A stretch of 54,246 nucleotides of DNA, the filler included, from Ionaspis alba (lineage: Eukaryota): the NCBI GenBank assembly GCA_964255285.1. It is 4 parts of 4 records of this genome, joined end to end, with 100 filler letters (N's around TTAATTAATTAA, not from the genome) between each part and the next. Parts side by side here need not be neighbours in the genome. Positions count along the whole stretch, not along the records: positions 13,638 to 27,121 come from CAXUUL010000458.1; positions 27,222 to 40,691 come from CAXUUL010000459.1; 2 more parts are not named here. One strand, given 5' to 3'. Every line of letters starts with the position of its first letter. Position 1 is the stretch's first letter. A program made the position numbers and the translations under genes. Shown one piece after another: positions 23,501 to 34,132 of the stretch. Under the pieces are notes generated by a model. The model was not told the origin of the DNA, did no database searches, and saw only the letters and a list, made by a program, of their open reading frames with translations.

Positions 23501-23524
23501 CGGACCATCAAGTTCAGTGCTTGA
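20501..23524 (+). CDS. VAC7: Vacuolar segregation protein Vac7 (Fab1/PIKfyve regulator)
   Basis: ATG is at 20501. Motifs include MTVETETVSSVPQV, LRLKPSTETIRPKKERKK and SSKADIFEAKVASAVDEVNSSDSDETFVYESNPP. A single TM helix (VFLATLVGLLIAAIVVALVL) precedes the lumenal IQNVLVSEQELMLDLHVHAINPN domain. There is a probable in-frame intron at 21738-22004. Confidence 0.92.
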   Translation: MASSSDKPDELVDNDRPMDKARSPVRSATASKGTAHRSPSPTQILKRAATTPIPSFSPSASTSPRSSREPSPVRVPNKPVIPAASRLSRSRKNSQDLSPHRQPNVLSPSIPTVPSAAAIQRALSATGTSTPQLFASATPDSLPDAPRTQKQTKGPGGSGLTIGVTPPRFKSPPPAGSSNRTPLHSPRKLEFPPLTPSIVVDLPTPNSASSVDADPDETEAMTRAGMRTPARAISGSNTLETVRESSLPATPAISAAVLQKGGKTADHEVPSTIEENPTEELFSKTAKIGPESGSESGGNKTANKKSNDDKKPPKTPTSTRVPPIQPKRSISQLNAAKPKTGTEGSVRNMTVETETVSSVPQVAVQGATGERGGLGRIDTTGSLRLKPSTETIRPKKERKKTVRKPASIHSGTGGSSRRFHHHHIYSRATISSEDICFQSTISPTPSYSPDSERGPPIWIDGQDSRGMAKAPRGAKYHESQPSTPYPSRRSSIVLTPFRLRIASSKADIFEAKVASAVDEVNSSDSDETFVYESNPPEPLSARPNRYHSRTPSATSMASQADLYGGRYRQDSHHSIAGKKSMKFSKNAHLINSGHSELGEYSQNNGTSGSGRASGGNTPHHHIGRYGRGAAGHTSLFDNESPFPNAAKPKRSGTSNGSRLSPRPLTPRTPHILRLPGTSGKLNVPMSYDLEGEGADDERTPLVNSVRSGRTRNSRRPANRQNEFGEYGSSGFCKRVTCCVFLATLVGLLIAAIVVALVLCSKPLMDVHIKDIQNVLVSEQELMLDLHVHAINPNLVAIQVSDLDVDIFARSKYTVPIGTSVEAREPLQLRARREHGDATMTDPTKSITDDSINGSPIYSSEGGIDEGNDPIEDPEGDGPPILLGQILDFDSPLIFDSSPFRHQSLSSIGEVRLAHPGNQTEKGSKQWEKVIQHSFNLTVKGVLRYSLPISSKIRWARIAGSIMVHPNPSVGDDGSIGLGDSSRFRLSGSGRSEVKEEADRMRTIKFSA

Positions 23525-23927
23525 GATCCTTCATGATCGATGACATACACACGTTGCTACGAATTTCCTTCAATCTGTTTATATTCCCCCAGACTCCGCG
23601 GTAGTGATCGATGGGGTTGTTTGAGCACGAGGCGTTGTTTTCAGGAAAAAGGTCGTCGAGATTGCTACTCATAGAATCGAGGTCGCATAGAAAGCGTGTC
23701 GAACAAACGGTCGGACCTGCATCTTGGCAGGAGTGTTCACGCAGCAGCTTTACAACTTCCTAGAGCTGTTTTAGTCATTGTAGATAGAAGATCAATTCAA
23801 AATGTAATCTTGTTCTAGACTGGGAATTAAACAACAAGCGACTTTCTTGTTCTGCTGGCTACGGACGGAGCCCAAATTTGAAACTGTGTCGAGTCTGGAA
23901 CGTGCATCAGCCGAAGTAATGTTTTGA

Positions 23928-24027
23928 NNNNNNNNNNNNNNNNNNNNNNNNNNNNNNNNNNNNNNNNNNNNNNNNNNNNNNNNNNNNNNNNNNNNNNNNN
24001 NNNNNNNNNNNNNNNNNNNNNNNNNNN
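23928..24027. other. Scaffold gap (100 N)
   Basis: Run of 100 N. Confidence 0.99.
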
Positions 24028-24629
24028 CATTCCCAACATACGCACGAGGCAGAATCAAAAGCCCTAGACGACGCAGCTACGGCAATCGCGTTGGGTTGGG
24101 GCTCGTTCAGCTCGAGTGATTCGTTGCGTAATCCTCCTGGAGCCAACCAGGCGCAACCCACCCCCACAAAAATCGGGAAAGCGAGCAAACAATTATTCCA
24201 ACCTCGAGTTGCTTTTCACACCCCATATCATCCTCTCTTCTTCTCCTTCTTCCATTCTTCTTTCTGGAATCTCATCTGTCCTACGAGCCAACAAGCCTGA
24301 CTCGAGGTTCGCCACAGCAATCTCAGTCAGCATCGACGTTTGCCACAAGAGAAGGTGTGACTGGTCACCCTCTCGACAACTAATTCCTCCACCCCACCAA
24401 AGCCGCCGTTGAGCTAGCACAGAGCGATAAAGGCCAAGACACCAGCCTTGCCAGCGTCGCATCCACTGCAGCAAGGCAACCACCACTTCGATAATCCTGC
24501 TTTGCAATAATCAGCCTCATCCATCGAATTACTCACTGCCGAGTTGATCTCAGCAGTGGCTCATCTCCACCTCATATATCCGCGACTTGACGCTTCTTTC
24601 CCGACAAGTTTCTTCTTCCAACTACCAAG

Positions 24630-27068
24630 ATGTCAGTCAGAGGTTGGGACGACCGTTCCACTTATCGAGGGTCTCCGCCACGTCATACCACGATCAAGCA
24701 ATATCGGATCCCTCGACGAGACGATGCAGATGAACGAATTAGTATCTATGAGAGCGACAGACAATCAGCACGAGCAGATAATAGGGACTACCAAGAGACG
24801 AAGATAATTCGACGAGAAAGATCGCATACGCCAGAACCCCGCATGGAGAGGGACATCCGCGTCACTCGCTACGAGACCGAACCCGAGCCTCCTCGACGTT
24901 TCGAGCGGGAGTACAGATACGAACGAGATGTCGCTCGGCCACCGCCTCGTCGGGAGCCGTATGAGCTCGATCGCTATACTAGAACGACCGAGTATTTCCC
25001 TCCGGCACCCCGTGCACCGATCGTGGTTCCTCAGCCGAGAGAAGAAGAGGACTTCCAGTTGATCCGACGTTCCGAAGTGGTTGATGATCGCCAGGTTGCT
25101 CGTCGGGAACCACAGCAGGAGGAAGACTACTACTACGAACGACGAACTCGCGAAGTTGAGGGTGACAGAGATGATGATTATCGCGAGGAGCGTATCCGAA
25201 GAGGCCGCAATAGGAGCGGTGACCGTCGTCGCGACCGTGATTACAGCAGCGATGACAGCATGGTTTACGTCAAACGTGAGGTTCGTGAAGAACGCTCAGG
25301 CTCAGGAAGCCCACATCATCGACGGCATCTGGCAGAAGGTGCCATTGCCGGTATTGGAGCCGCAGAATTGCTCCGACACCATCGTAAGAAGGAAGGCGAA
25401 AGCACTGACAGCCGAGGAGCACGTATTGGCAAAGACCTCGGAGCAGCCGCTGTTGGTGTTGCCGGAGCAGAAGTCATTTCACGCGTGAGAGCCAAGAGCC
25501 GTCGCCGAAGCAGGAGCCGGGACTCCGATCGTGAGGGACGTCACAGACATCGTCACTCCAACCGCAGTCGATCCCGCTCTCGAGTCAAGCAGCTCGCCGG
25601 AATTGGTCTGGGTGCCGCTGCCATTGCAGCAGCAGTGGGATACGCTCGTCACAAGAACAATGAAAAGAAGCAGGTCGATGACAGGCGCAGTCGTTCGAGG
25701 ACTCGTCGTCACTCGACTGGGGATGTACCGGCAGATGATCCTCGCAATCCGTCGCATAAGAATACTCGTATGGCTCAGGCTGGTCTAGCTGGAGCGGCCA
25801 TTGCCGGACTTGTCGAGCGAGCTCGCAGCAAGTCTAGATCTCGGAAGGGCAGGTCTCGTTCTCAGAGCAGGATCCGTACTGGGCTGCCGATTGCCGCCGC
25901 TGGATTGGGCAGTGCTGCCATTGCTGGTTTGTACGAAAAGAATCAAGCCAAGAAGAAGGAAGAGGAGGCCCGTCGTGAAGAGCGTGCTGAAAGGAGAAGA
26001 TCTCGCTCTCGATCTAGATCGACCATGCCATATGATGGTCCTCGCAACGCTTCCGCCAGTGATCCGGGTCTGATTGAATACGGTGAAGCACCGGTCTACA
26101 GCAACGGCGGTATTCCGGACTACTACAACCGTCCAGCCAGCCAAGCTGGATATTATCCACCACCCATGGGCGATGTCTTAGTTCCAGCCGCTGCCGGAGC
26201 AGCAGGAGCATACGGAGCCACCCGAGTGACCGAGACGACCGAGAGGGAAAGAGGAGTTCCAAGAGATGATATGGATCGTGATAGGGAGCACCATCATAGA
26301 CACCGTGACAGAGATAGGCGCCGAGACTACAGCTCAGGAAGCGAGGATGGCGAGCGAAGGAGGAGACATCGCCGCAAGAAGTCTGGTGAGGGAAGCCGCA
26401 GTCGCAGCCAGAGCCGTACCAGAGAACTAGCCACTGCTGGTCTTGCTGCTGGAGCTGCTGCTATTGGGGCTACGCAGTATGCCAAGAGGAAGGAACGCAA
26501 GCGTGCTGAAATGGAAAGAGACCGTAAGTTCACACTTGGAATTCCATATCTAAAGCAGAACTAACATTGATCAGGACTTGACGCCGAGAATGCCAACTAT
26601 GAGCAAGGAGCCTACTCCCCCGGCCAATATTCACCCATGTCGCCTCCTCCACAGAACCTTCCCGCACCCGGCTACTCTCAAGAGAACTTCTACCCGAACA
26701 CCAACACCTTCCCGCCCCCACCGGGCGCGAACTACTCCCCGCAACCGGCCTACAACCCCGCCGACTATCCACCCAACCACACCCAAATCCACCCCGACTA
26801 CGGCTACCCACCCCAACAAGGTTACACACCCCCACAAGGCCCCTTCTCCCCCATCCCCAACGACCCCTACGCCAACCAAGGGCGCAGCGGAGGAGGAGCA
26901 GCAGGAGGCAGGAGAGGGGACGAGAATGTGAGTGCCGAGCCATACCTCAACACAGGCTCCACCCGCGGCGGCCCTCCCGTCCCCGATCCTCGAGCCGTTG
27001 AGGAGGGTGTGTGATAGTCACTCACCTTCTACCAAAACCCCTACTAATGCTCTCGATCGCAGGTCTAA
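24630..27068 (+). CDS. Arg/Ser-rich repeat protein of the fungal DUF3824 type with Pro/Tyr-rich C-terminus
   Basis: Exon 1 (24630-26523) has repeated units such as HHRRHLAEGAIAGIGAAELL, QLAGIGLGAAAIAAAV, AQAGLAGAAIAGLVERARSKSRS and AAAGLGSAAIAGLYEK, separated by RSRSRS tracts. Intron 26524-26574 is followed by exon 2 (YYP/PPP-rich) to RRGDEN. A probable final intron 26928-27062 is followed by GTC TAA. Confidence 0.8.
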
Positions 27069-27069
27069 A

Positions 27070-27121
<52 letters not shown>
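27070..27121 (+). repeat. Poly-G run (52 nt) at contig end, probable sequencing artefact
   Basis: Homopolymer G directly abutting the contig linker. Confidence 0.85.
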
Positions 27122-27221
27122 NNNNNNNNNNNNNNNNNNNNNNNNNNNNNNNNNNNNNNNNNNNNTTAATTAATTAANNNNNNNNNNNNNNNNNNNNNNN
27201 NNNNNNNNNNNNNNNNNNNNN
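27122..27221. other. Artificial contig linker (N44-TTAATTAATTAA-N44)
   Basis: Same spacer as 13538-13637. Confidence 0.97.
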
Positions 27222-28628
27222 GGGTGGGGTTGTTGGAGAGGGAGGATGGGTTGAGGGAGGAGCGGTGGGATTGTGGGTTGGTGGGTCGGAAGGCGGTGTG
27301 GAGTCTGGGTAAGGAAATGTTAGCAGAGACTTTGAAGGCACAAGATTTTTGCTGAAGCGTACCATCACCACGGCGTTTCTCAGAGCGAGCTTTCCGACGA
27401 CCTGCTGCGTCCGCGCGCTCTTTCTCGCGTTGTTCTCTTTGTTCTTTCTCTCGGTGGTTGCGCGCTGCAGCGCCACGGATTTTCTTGGGGCTGTGGTCGG
27501 AGTGTTTGGTTGCCGCGAGCGCCTCATCGGAAGAGGATGCGCGTTGGGATTTCGGTTTCTCGAGCGAGGGAGATTGGGAGTTGGAGGAGGTTCTTTGGCG
27601 CTTAATTGGCTCTTTGCGACTGTGTGTGGAGTAGAACGATTAGCAACCGATTCTGGACTGCGAGGTCTAGGCATGTTTCGATCGTTTGAGCATCCCACAA
27701 CGTGTGCAGAGGGGGAAACCCACTCTTCGCTATCGCTTCTGCTTCTCTTAGCTCTCCGTCCGCCTGCCTCAGCATTGGGCACTCCTTCATGCTTGCTTGC
27801 CTCAATGGCTCTGACAAGCTGTTCCGACTCTTCGTAGGCAGCGTCACGGCTGTTCATCGTCGAACGACGCTTATGTGCATCTGCGCTTGGCCGAGTAATT
27901 TTGTTATCCTTGCCTCTTCTAGGAACACTTTCTCGAGGCGAAGGTTCTGGTGATGCAGGTGTCGAGGCTTCTTCTTGGACTGGAAGGTAGCGAGAGTACT
28001 TTTGTCTGCACAAACAATATATTAGACGTCATTAGGTGGTTTTGGAGCTGTAGACTTACCCATTGGAAGTTGTGGTGATCTTGTGTAGATCTCCGCGACA
28101 TTGTTCACAAAAATATTCCTCGGGACTCATCCCCTCATCCAAGATCCCCACACAACCTCCATGTTGCCACACTTTGCACACGTCGCATTGTATGAATAGC
28201 CCGCCAGTATCTTCGGGTATAAGATCAGAAGATATTGATGTGTCGCCGTTGTCTTTAGCAGCTTGCCGGAGGGCGTCGCTGGTGGGGGTTGGCAAACCCG
28301 GATATTCTATCTGCCCACAAATACATCTTGTAACCTCCTCTTCTTCGCCTTCATCGTCGTCGTCTTCAGGCTCAGCGATCGCAAGTGCCTTTATGTCTTC
28401 ATGCCCGCTCCTCGTTCGGCGGGGCAAGGGTTTCGTGGGCTCGGCGAAGTCTTCCAAGGATTGCGACCTCGGAGCATTGGAGGTATTCGGTGATGGGAGC
28501 TTATTGTGAGAACGTGTACTTCTTTCAGCACGGCCAGAAGACACTGAGGATGTGGATGAATTTGTGTGGGTGGGCACGGATGGAGGTGGCTGGGTCGTGC
28601 GCGCGCGTGAGGAGCGCCGTGGAGACAT
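27222..28628 (-). CDS. CTI6: PHD-finger Rpd3L subunit Cti6, 3' truncated at contig end
   Basis: It starts MSPRRSSRAR and has the PHD finger VTRCICG...FIQCDVCKVWQHGGCVGI...EEYFCEQCRGDLH. Intron 28006-28059 leads to GQKYSRYLP...KRRSTMNSRDAAYEE. Intron 27620-27723 leads to KKIRGAAARNHREKE...ERADAAGRRKARSEKRRGD. Confidence 0.88.
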
Positions 28629-29412
28629 TGCAGTTTTCGAGGTTTAGGCTAGTGTCATGAAGACATAGCCAGAAGTTGAGAGCTGTGTATGGGACTGAAT
28701 CCTGCAATCATGAACTCGAGAACTTTTCTCGTCGGAGGCTCAGCTAGAAAGTCTTCGGGTCAGTGTAAAGTGAATTGGCAAGGTGGGCTGTTCCTCACAT
28801 ACCCAGGCGTTGAAGAGATTGCTGGACGTAGAACGGGTTCTGAGATGGGAGAATCGTACAAGAAGCTGTGATGGTCTTGAGGAACCTGTTGCCCAAATTG
28901 TAGTAATTTCGGTGTATAGACGAGGGTGACTCGCGCAAAAGAGGAGATGTGCGTAAATGGGGGAGAATTGCTCTCGGCCAATGACGCGAAGCGGAGCTTT
29001 CCGTCCCCGAAGATGCGCTAGGCTATTGGCGGAGCTAGGGTTACGAGTCTATCATTCTAACGGCGCCATTAGATCGACAGTATCATCATCACAATATGTG
29101 ATATTCTCGAAATGTAGGTAACAACTATCATGGACAGACGTCAGAAATCAGGCATGGAGGGGCGCTTAGACAAAAGCAAATTCGTTCTGTGTGAAAATCG
29201 TCTAATTGAAGAACTCCTAGAAGGACAAGCTTCCAGTTGAGCTACCTAGAGTCCTAGCACGTCCAACGATCGTACCCGGAATACGCCATTGGCATTTTAC
29301 AATATTCCTGATATCTCTTCCAGTGGGAGCTCCACAAGAAAGGTCAACGATCTCCTGTCAGCACCCAAGATGCGTTCGCACTTAATGCTTTGCAAGATAG
29401 ACCATCATATTC

Positions 29413-31601
29413 TCAGGCTCCATTCTCTTCAGCCAATGCAGATACCTCATCTCCTGCTATCTTCGCCCTCTTCTTGGCCTGCTCTATGATCTTTCCTGCC
29501 TTATCAAAATCCAGAGCGTTCCTTCGCCAGAAGCTCCTCCCGATACCAATTCCTTTTTCTGGAGACCTAATGGGATTGCTGTTCAAAGCTGTCTCCTTTG
29601 TCTCAGCACTGTCATCACTGCTTCTCGAACGCTTGCCCAGAGTGAGTTGTCTCTTCACCTTAATGGATAGACCTTGATCATCTTTGTTGGCACTAGGTAC
29701 GTTTTCATCCGATGTTTCCCACTCTGTATCACTCCCATGATGTGTCTCTTGATCTGATTTCTCGACTTCGTCATCTGCATCGCTTGTGTGATCCGAAGTA
29801 TTACGAAATGTGCCGCCTGAATTGAAAGGCGTTCCTGACCACCTCGTCTTGGGCTTAGTGGACGAGACATCCTCGAGGTCTGAACTGTGGGAAATGTTGA
29901 ATGAAGGCGTCGTAAGATTGAAAATGGCCGAACTACCACCCTGTTTGTTTAGAGGCTTCGTTTGCGGCGATGGAGTCGCTTCCGGGCTCGGAGAAGGGGT
30001 GGATAAACTTCCAATAGCTGGCTTACACAGGTAATGTTGTCCGTTGCTCTTCTTCACCCCATCCTCGCCATCGTCTGATCGTGACGGAGCAGTGACGGAA
30101 GTCACCAGGAGATTCGAATTATTGACCAAATTTGTAGTTCTCTTGGGAGACTGAGACTTCTCCTTCTTCTTTATGTAGCGCCTATCCTGCTCCCTATATG
30201 ATGGCTCGAATCGGAATTGCGTATCTGGCGACTTGTTCGCTGATCCATTCTTCACTGCTTGATCAAAGGTTCCAGGCTTCCGATTGATAGATACTGAGCT
30301 CGGTTCGACGTTGCTACAGATACTCAACGGAGTCCGAAAAGGATTATCAAATCGTTTGTTTCGATGTCTCGGCGGAGTATTTGCGCTGAAGTTCTCAAAA
30401 CGAAACTTGGCGAGTGTTTCTACAACATGTCAGCTCCTATTGTGAAGTTTGATTGATAATGTACACACCTTTACTCCGATAGAAAAACTGAAAGGTGGCA
30501 TATGGTCCCTCTCCGTCCTTGTATGGCACATACGCAACTACTCTTACCGGGTGTGCTGCAATGGTCTTCGTATGAGCAAATCTGAGCCACTCTATCAGCT
30601 CAAGCATATTCTATGGCATGAGGCTTACCATACCCTGTAGTGTGTGTAATTTCTTTGCTTGCATCTTCCATATTTACATCTTGGTTCTCGCCTTCTTCGT
30701 GTTTGGCGCGAAACTCATGATCTCGCCATTTCTCGCCGAGCTTCACGCGCTCAATGATAACAAGTATTTGACCCGCCTTGTTCTTTTCCTCCTTGATCAT
30801 ATCAGCGTCGCCGTCCACGTAAGCTGTTTCCATAGCGTTGACAAGTGCGTCTTCGTCACGCTTGAGGATGGGAGTTGCGATGTCAATATCACCGGCAATA
30901 ATCAATTTGTCAAACATAGTCTCGATTCCTACATCTTTGAAGACCCAGGCTTGCTCCTTCAAATTCCCGTCTCGTCCTTGAGCCCAACGGGATTTGATAG
31001 TGACCTTTCCATCAGGGCTGCTGAAGTCCTCATCATTCGGATCAAGATAGACGACTACTCTCCGTTCTGGCTTGCCCCTCCCATCCAGGTATAGCGATGC
31101 CAGGAAATGATATGGCGGTGGAGGAGGCTGTAGGTAATTCCTGGACGCTGACGTAGGGGAGGAAAAGCTTGTAGGTTCCTTGTCATGTTCTTTCTTAGTT
31201 TTGATGTCTGAATCATAATGCTCGGAATCTGATCGACGACGTTTTTCGACATCTGCCCCTCGATTTGACTGTCCCAGAGGGTGATCTGGGCGGCAGTGAT
31301 GATGTGGATATCCTAGGTGATACTGATTAGCTTGATTCCCTACGGGATATTCATTTAGACGAAATTGGTCCAGCAGGTGCATGTATATTACCATCTAGAT
31401 CCTGCCACCTTTCTTTCGTCTTAAAGAATCCAGGCCTTTCGGTCTCCTCGCCCGCGTTGCGGGCCTCGACCCTCTCACGCGTTTCATAGCTATGTGCTGC
31501 ATGACAGTCTTTTGAGACATAAGGTATCGTCGGTCTGATCGAGATCCTGAAGGCTTTCCCAGTCTCCGCCTCAATATATGACGAAATCTTCTTGCCGCCT
31601 C
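29413..31601 (-). CDS. Conserved fungal hypothetical protein (DUF7918-like N-terminal domain, low-complexity C-terminus); 5' end in gap
   Basis: Segments include KKISSYIEAETGKAFRISIRP, PPYHFLASLYLDGRGKPERRVVVYLDP, WVFKDVGIETMFDKL and GQILVIIERVKLG. A small exon encodes VAYVPYKDGEGPYATFQFFYRSK (~30475-30550), followed by a Ser-rich ~300-aa terminal exon ending at TGA 29413-29415. The family name is recalled from motif pattern only. Confidence 0.7.
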
Positions 31602-31701
31602 NNNNNNNNNNNNNNNNNNNNNNNNNNNNNNNNNNNNNNNNNNNNNNNNNNNNNNNNNNNNNNNNNNNNNNNNNNNNNNNNNNNNNNNNNNNNNNNNNNN
31701 N
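31602..31701. other. Scaffold gap (100 N)
   Basis: Run of 100 N. Confidence 0.99.
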
Positions 31702-31870
31702 TATAGCCCGAAACCCAGGACTGTGACTCAAACTCGACCACCGACATGAGCGCCATTCCTAAATCTTGTAACATGGGTATCTTACAAACGCCAGACACAG
31801 TCAAATGAGCCTCACTTACAGGACTTCCAATATTCAAACAGTTCGCACACCTTATAATGCCCTCCGATGC

Positions 31871-34132
31871 CTAATTTCCAATATTAATTTCGTACCCCAA
31901 GAGAACTTCCGTATGATTGCCTTCCCACCCTCTATTACCTGCCGTGGAGATCATAAACCGACACATCGGGTCAATGTAGAGCTGCGAGACCATTCCGGTG
32001 CGGTGTCCAGGAACGATGAGAAAAGGTACAGTAGAATGTTTAAATGCCTGTTGCTCCTGAAGATCATAAAGCCGTAATATGTCATAAGATGCGCTATCAG
32101 CCACCGTTAGCACGAGGGATATAAAAACAAGGCGTAAAATGAGCATTACCAGATTAAATGTCGTCCATTGGGCATAGCTCGAACAGCGCTGACAGCACCA
32201 CTGCCAGTTGGAAATTTCAGAACTCTCTCACTTCCGCTGAGACCTTTGTGGACGCTATACTCATCCACTGTGCCATTGCGTCGTCCAGCGAAAATGAAAT
32301 TTCCATCGGGAGACCAACAGGCATTCATACACCACGGTGGCACTCCCTTGCTAGGGGAAAGCTTTGCTACAGGCGTAGCTTTCCGCCTGTCCCAGATGCG
32401 TATCGTGCCGTCGAAGGAAGCGGCAAGGAATGTCGAGTCTTCCGTGGGCAAAGAATCAGAAGCAGACTCGACCGGATCCACCGTAGCTTTTGTTACTTCC
32501 ATGTCATCTGCATGCGGTAGCCCGTTGCTCAAGTTTTCAATTCCACTCGGCTTTGGCAAAGTCTGGCCGTCGTTGGAATCAGATTCCTTCTTCTCTTGAT
32601 CTTGAGCGACACCGTTGGTAAGCGGTTCTCCCTGAAACAAGTCTGCGTCTAGCATGCTGCTATCTCCTTGAGCATCTTCGTTTTCTTGTTGCTGGATTCC
32701 ATTCGCAATTGCCCTTGAGAACTCATCATCGTCGTCATCACCAAAAGTCGCGGGTGCCGGTGCCTCGGGATTATCTTCTTCGTTGTCGCCAAAGAGTGAA
32801 TCGCCATCATTTCCACCGAACAAAGAATCTGCTGGGGAGCCAGGAGCATCCAAAATACCATTCTCTACATGAGAAATGTCTGCAATTTCGTTGTGTACGA
32901 CACCATTAGTCAAGACGCCGTTTGGACGAGGTTTGTCACTGCTATCACTGGAAAAAGTGCCATTGGTGGTTGGTTGAATTTCTACTGTTTCTGGAACAGG
33001 TATTGACGAGAGGGGTCGCATCTCCAGTGCAGAAATCTGTCCCCCGCTTCCTTGGAAACTCCTCTTCACTTGCCCAGTATTGAGGTCCCAATCCAAAACC
33101 ATTTTGTCCCAGCTCCCGGAAAGTACTGACTTCTCGTCTTTGGCGAGGTTGAGCACCGAGACCGCCGAGGTGTGCTGCTTCAGACATGTTATACGCTTCC
33201 CTTCGTCGTGGCGAACCGACTGTAGGTTGATGCCACCAGACTCAAGGCCTGACAATAGCCATAGCCCTTGATTATGTACAGCCAAAGAATACACAGGAGA
33301 CAACGACTGGCCATCTTCCCCTGCTTTAGCTACACGGACCTGTCAGACTTGACACCAGCCACCGGAAAGTATAAGACATACCATGAGGCTCGTCATTCTC
33401 CCAGTAGCTCGCCAAGACACCTGCCTTGGTGACACTATCGACAAAGGGATGTCGTTGCGCAACAGTTAACATGACTTTGCCATTCGCCGTCTCGACCCAA
33501 TTGAACTTCCTAATGTAGCCATCTGCCCCTCCACTGAATACCCACCTCATATCGGGCGTTGCCGTAATCGAATTGATCGAGGTGCTATGGGGTGCCGCGA
33601 TTGTAGGCGCGATATCATAAACAGGAGCAGTCAGAGCCTCAGGTCGAACTTGTGGGTAATTGATCGCTGCCCCTTGCGCTGATACTGATGTCGCAGAGCT
33701 AGGCTGTGGGGATGGAGACGTCAGAAGCACCGTGGGTCTCGGTTGCGTTGTGGGTGGAAGATTCCCATGCTGACCAGGAGCTTTCGACCCTTCGTTCCAA
33801 TCATTACTGCTGGAGGCGGATACTTGAGTTTGTAAAGGGTGTCTGCCCTCTTTTCGAATAGGTGAGTCAGGATAGTAGCTTTGCGAATTGTCTTGCGCGG
33901 AATTGTCTTCTCCAGCATAATCTCCTTCTCCTTCCTCCTCCTCCTCTTCCTCCTCTTCCACCTCGGGATCAGGGTCTACCTCCGGCTCGACTTCATCCAT
34001 GTTATCCATCAGCTCGTTCTGCTCATCTTCAGAACTGCCACTAGGGCTCGCTAGAGAAGGGTCAGTGTTATCGAATAGAGCTAAATGGAAAGACATGCCT
34101 CCAAAATCGTTGTCGTCCCCGAAGGATTGCAT
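31871..34132 (-). CDS. SPT8: SAGA subunit Spt8 (WD40)
   Basis: It has an acidic N-terminus, then AAPHSTSINSITATPDMRWVFSGGADGYIRKFNW, LTVAQRHPFVDSVTKAGVLASYWEN, SPVYSLAVH, VPPWCMNACWSPDGNFIFAGRRNGTV, VPFLIVPGHRTG and AGNRGWEG. Introns are 33330-33381, 32094-32149 and a probable GC-AG intron at 34051-34098. Confidence 0.95.

Noticed and set aside
6813..23524. Apparent vacuolar gene cluster (HMT1, RTC1/SEA2, VAC7)
   Set aside because: The genes are functionally heterogeneous housekeeping genes interleaved with IMP3 and wee1 and split by a contig linker. There is no evidence of co-regulation.
27070..27121. 52-nt poly-G as a G-quadruplex or regulatory tract
   Set aside because: It sits exactly at a contig end and is typical of no-signal G calls in two-colour sequencing.
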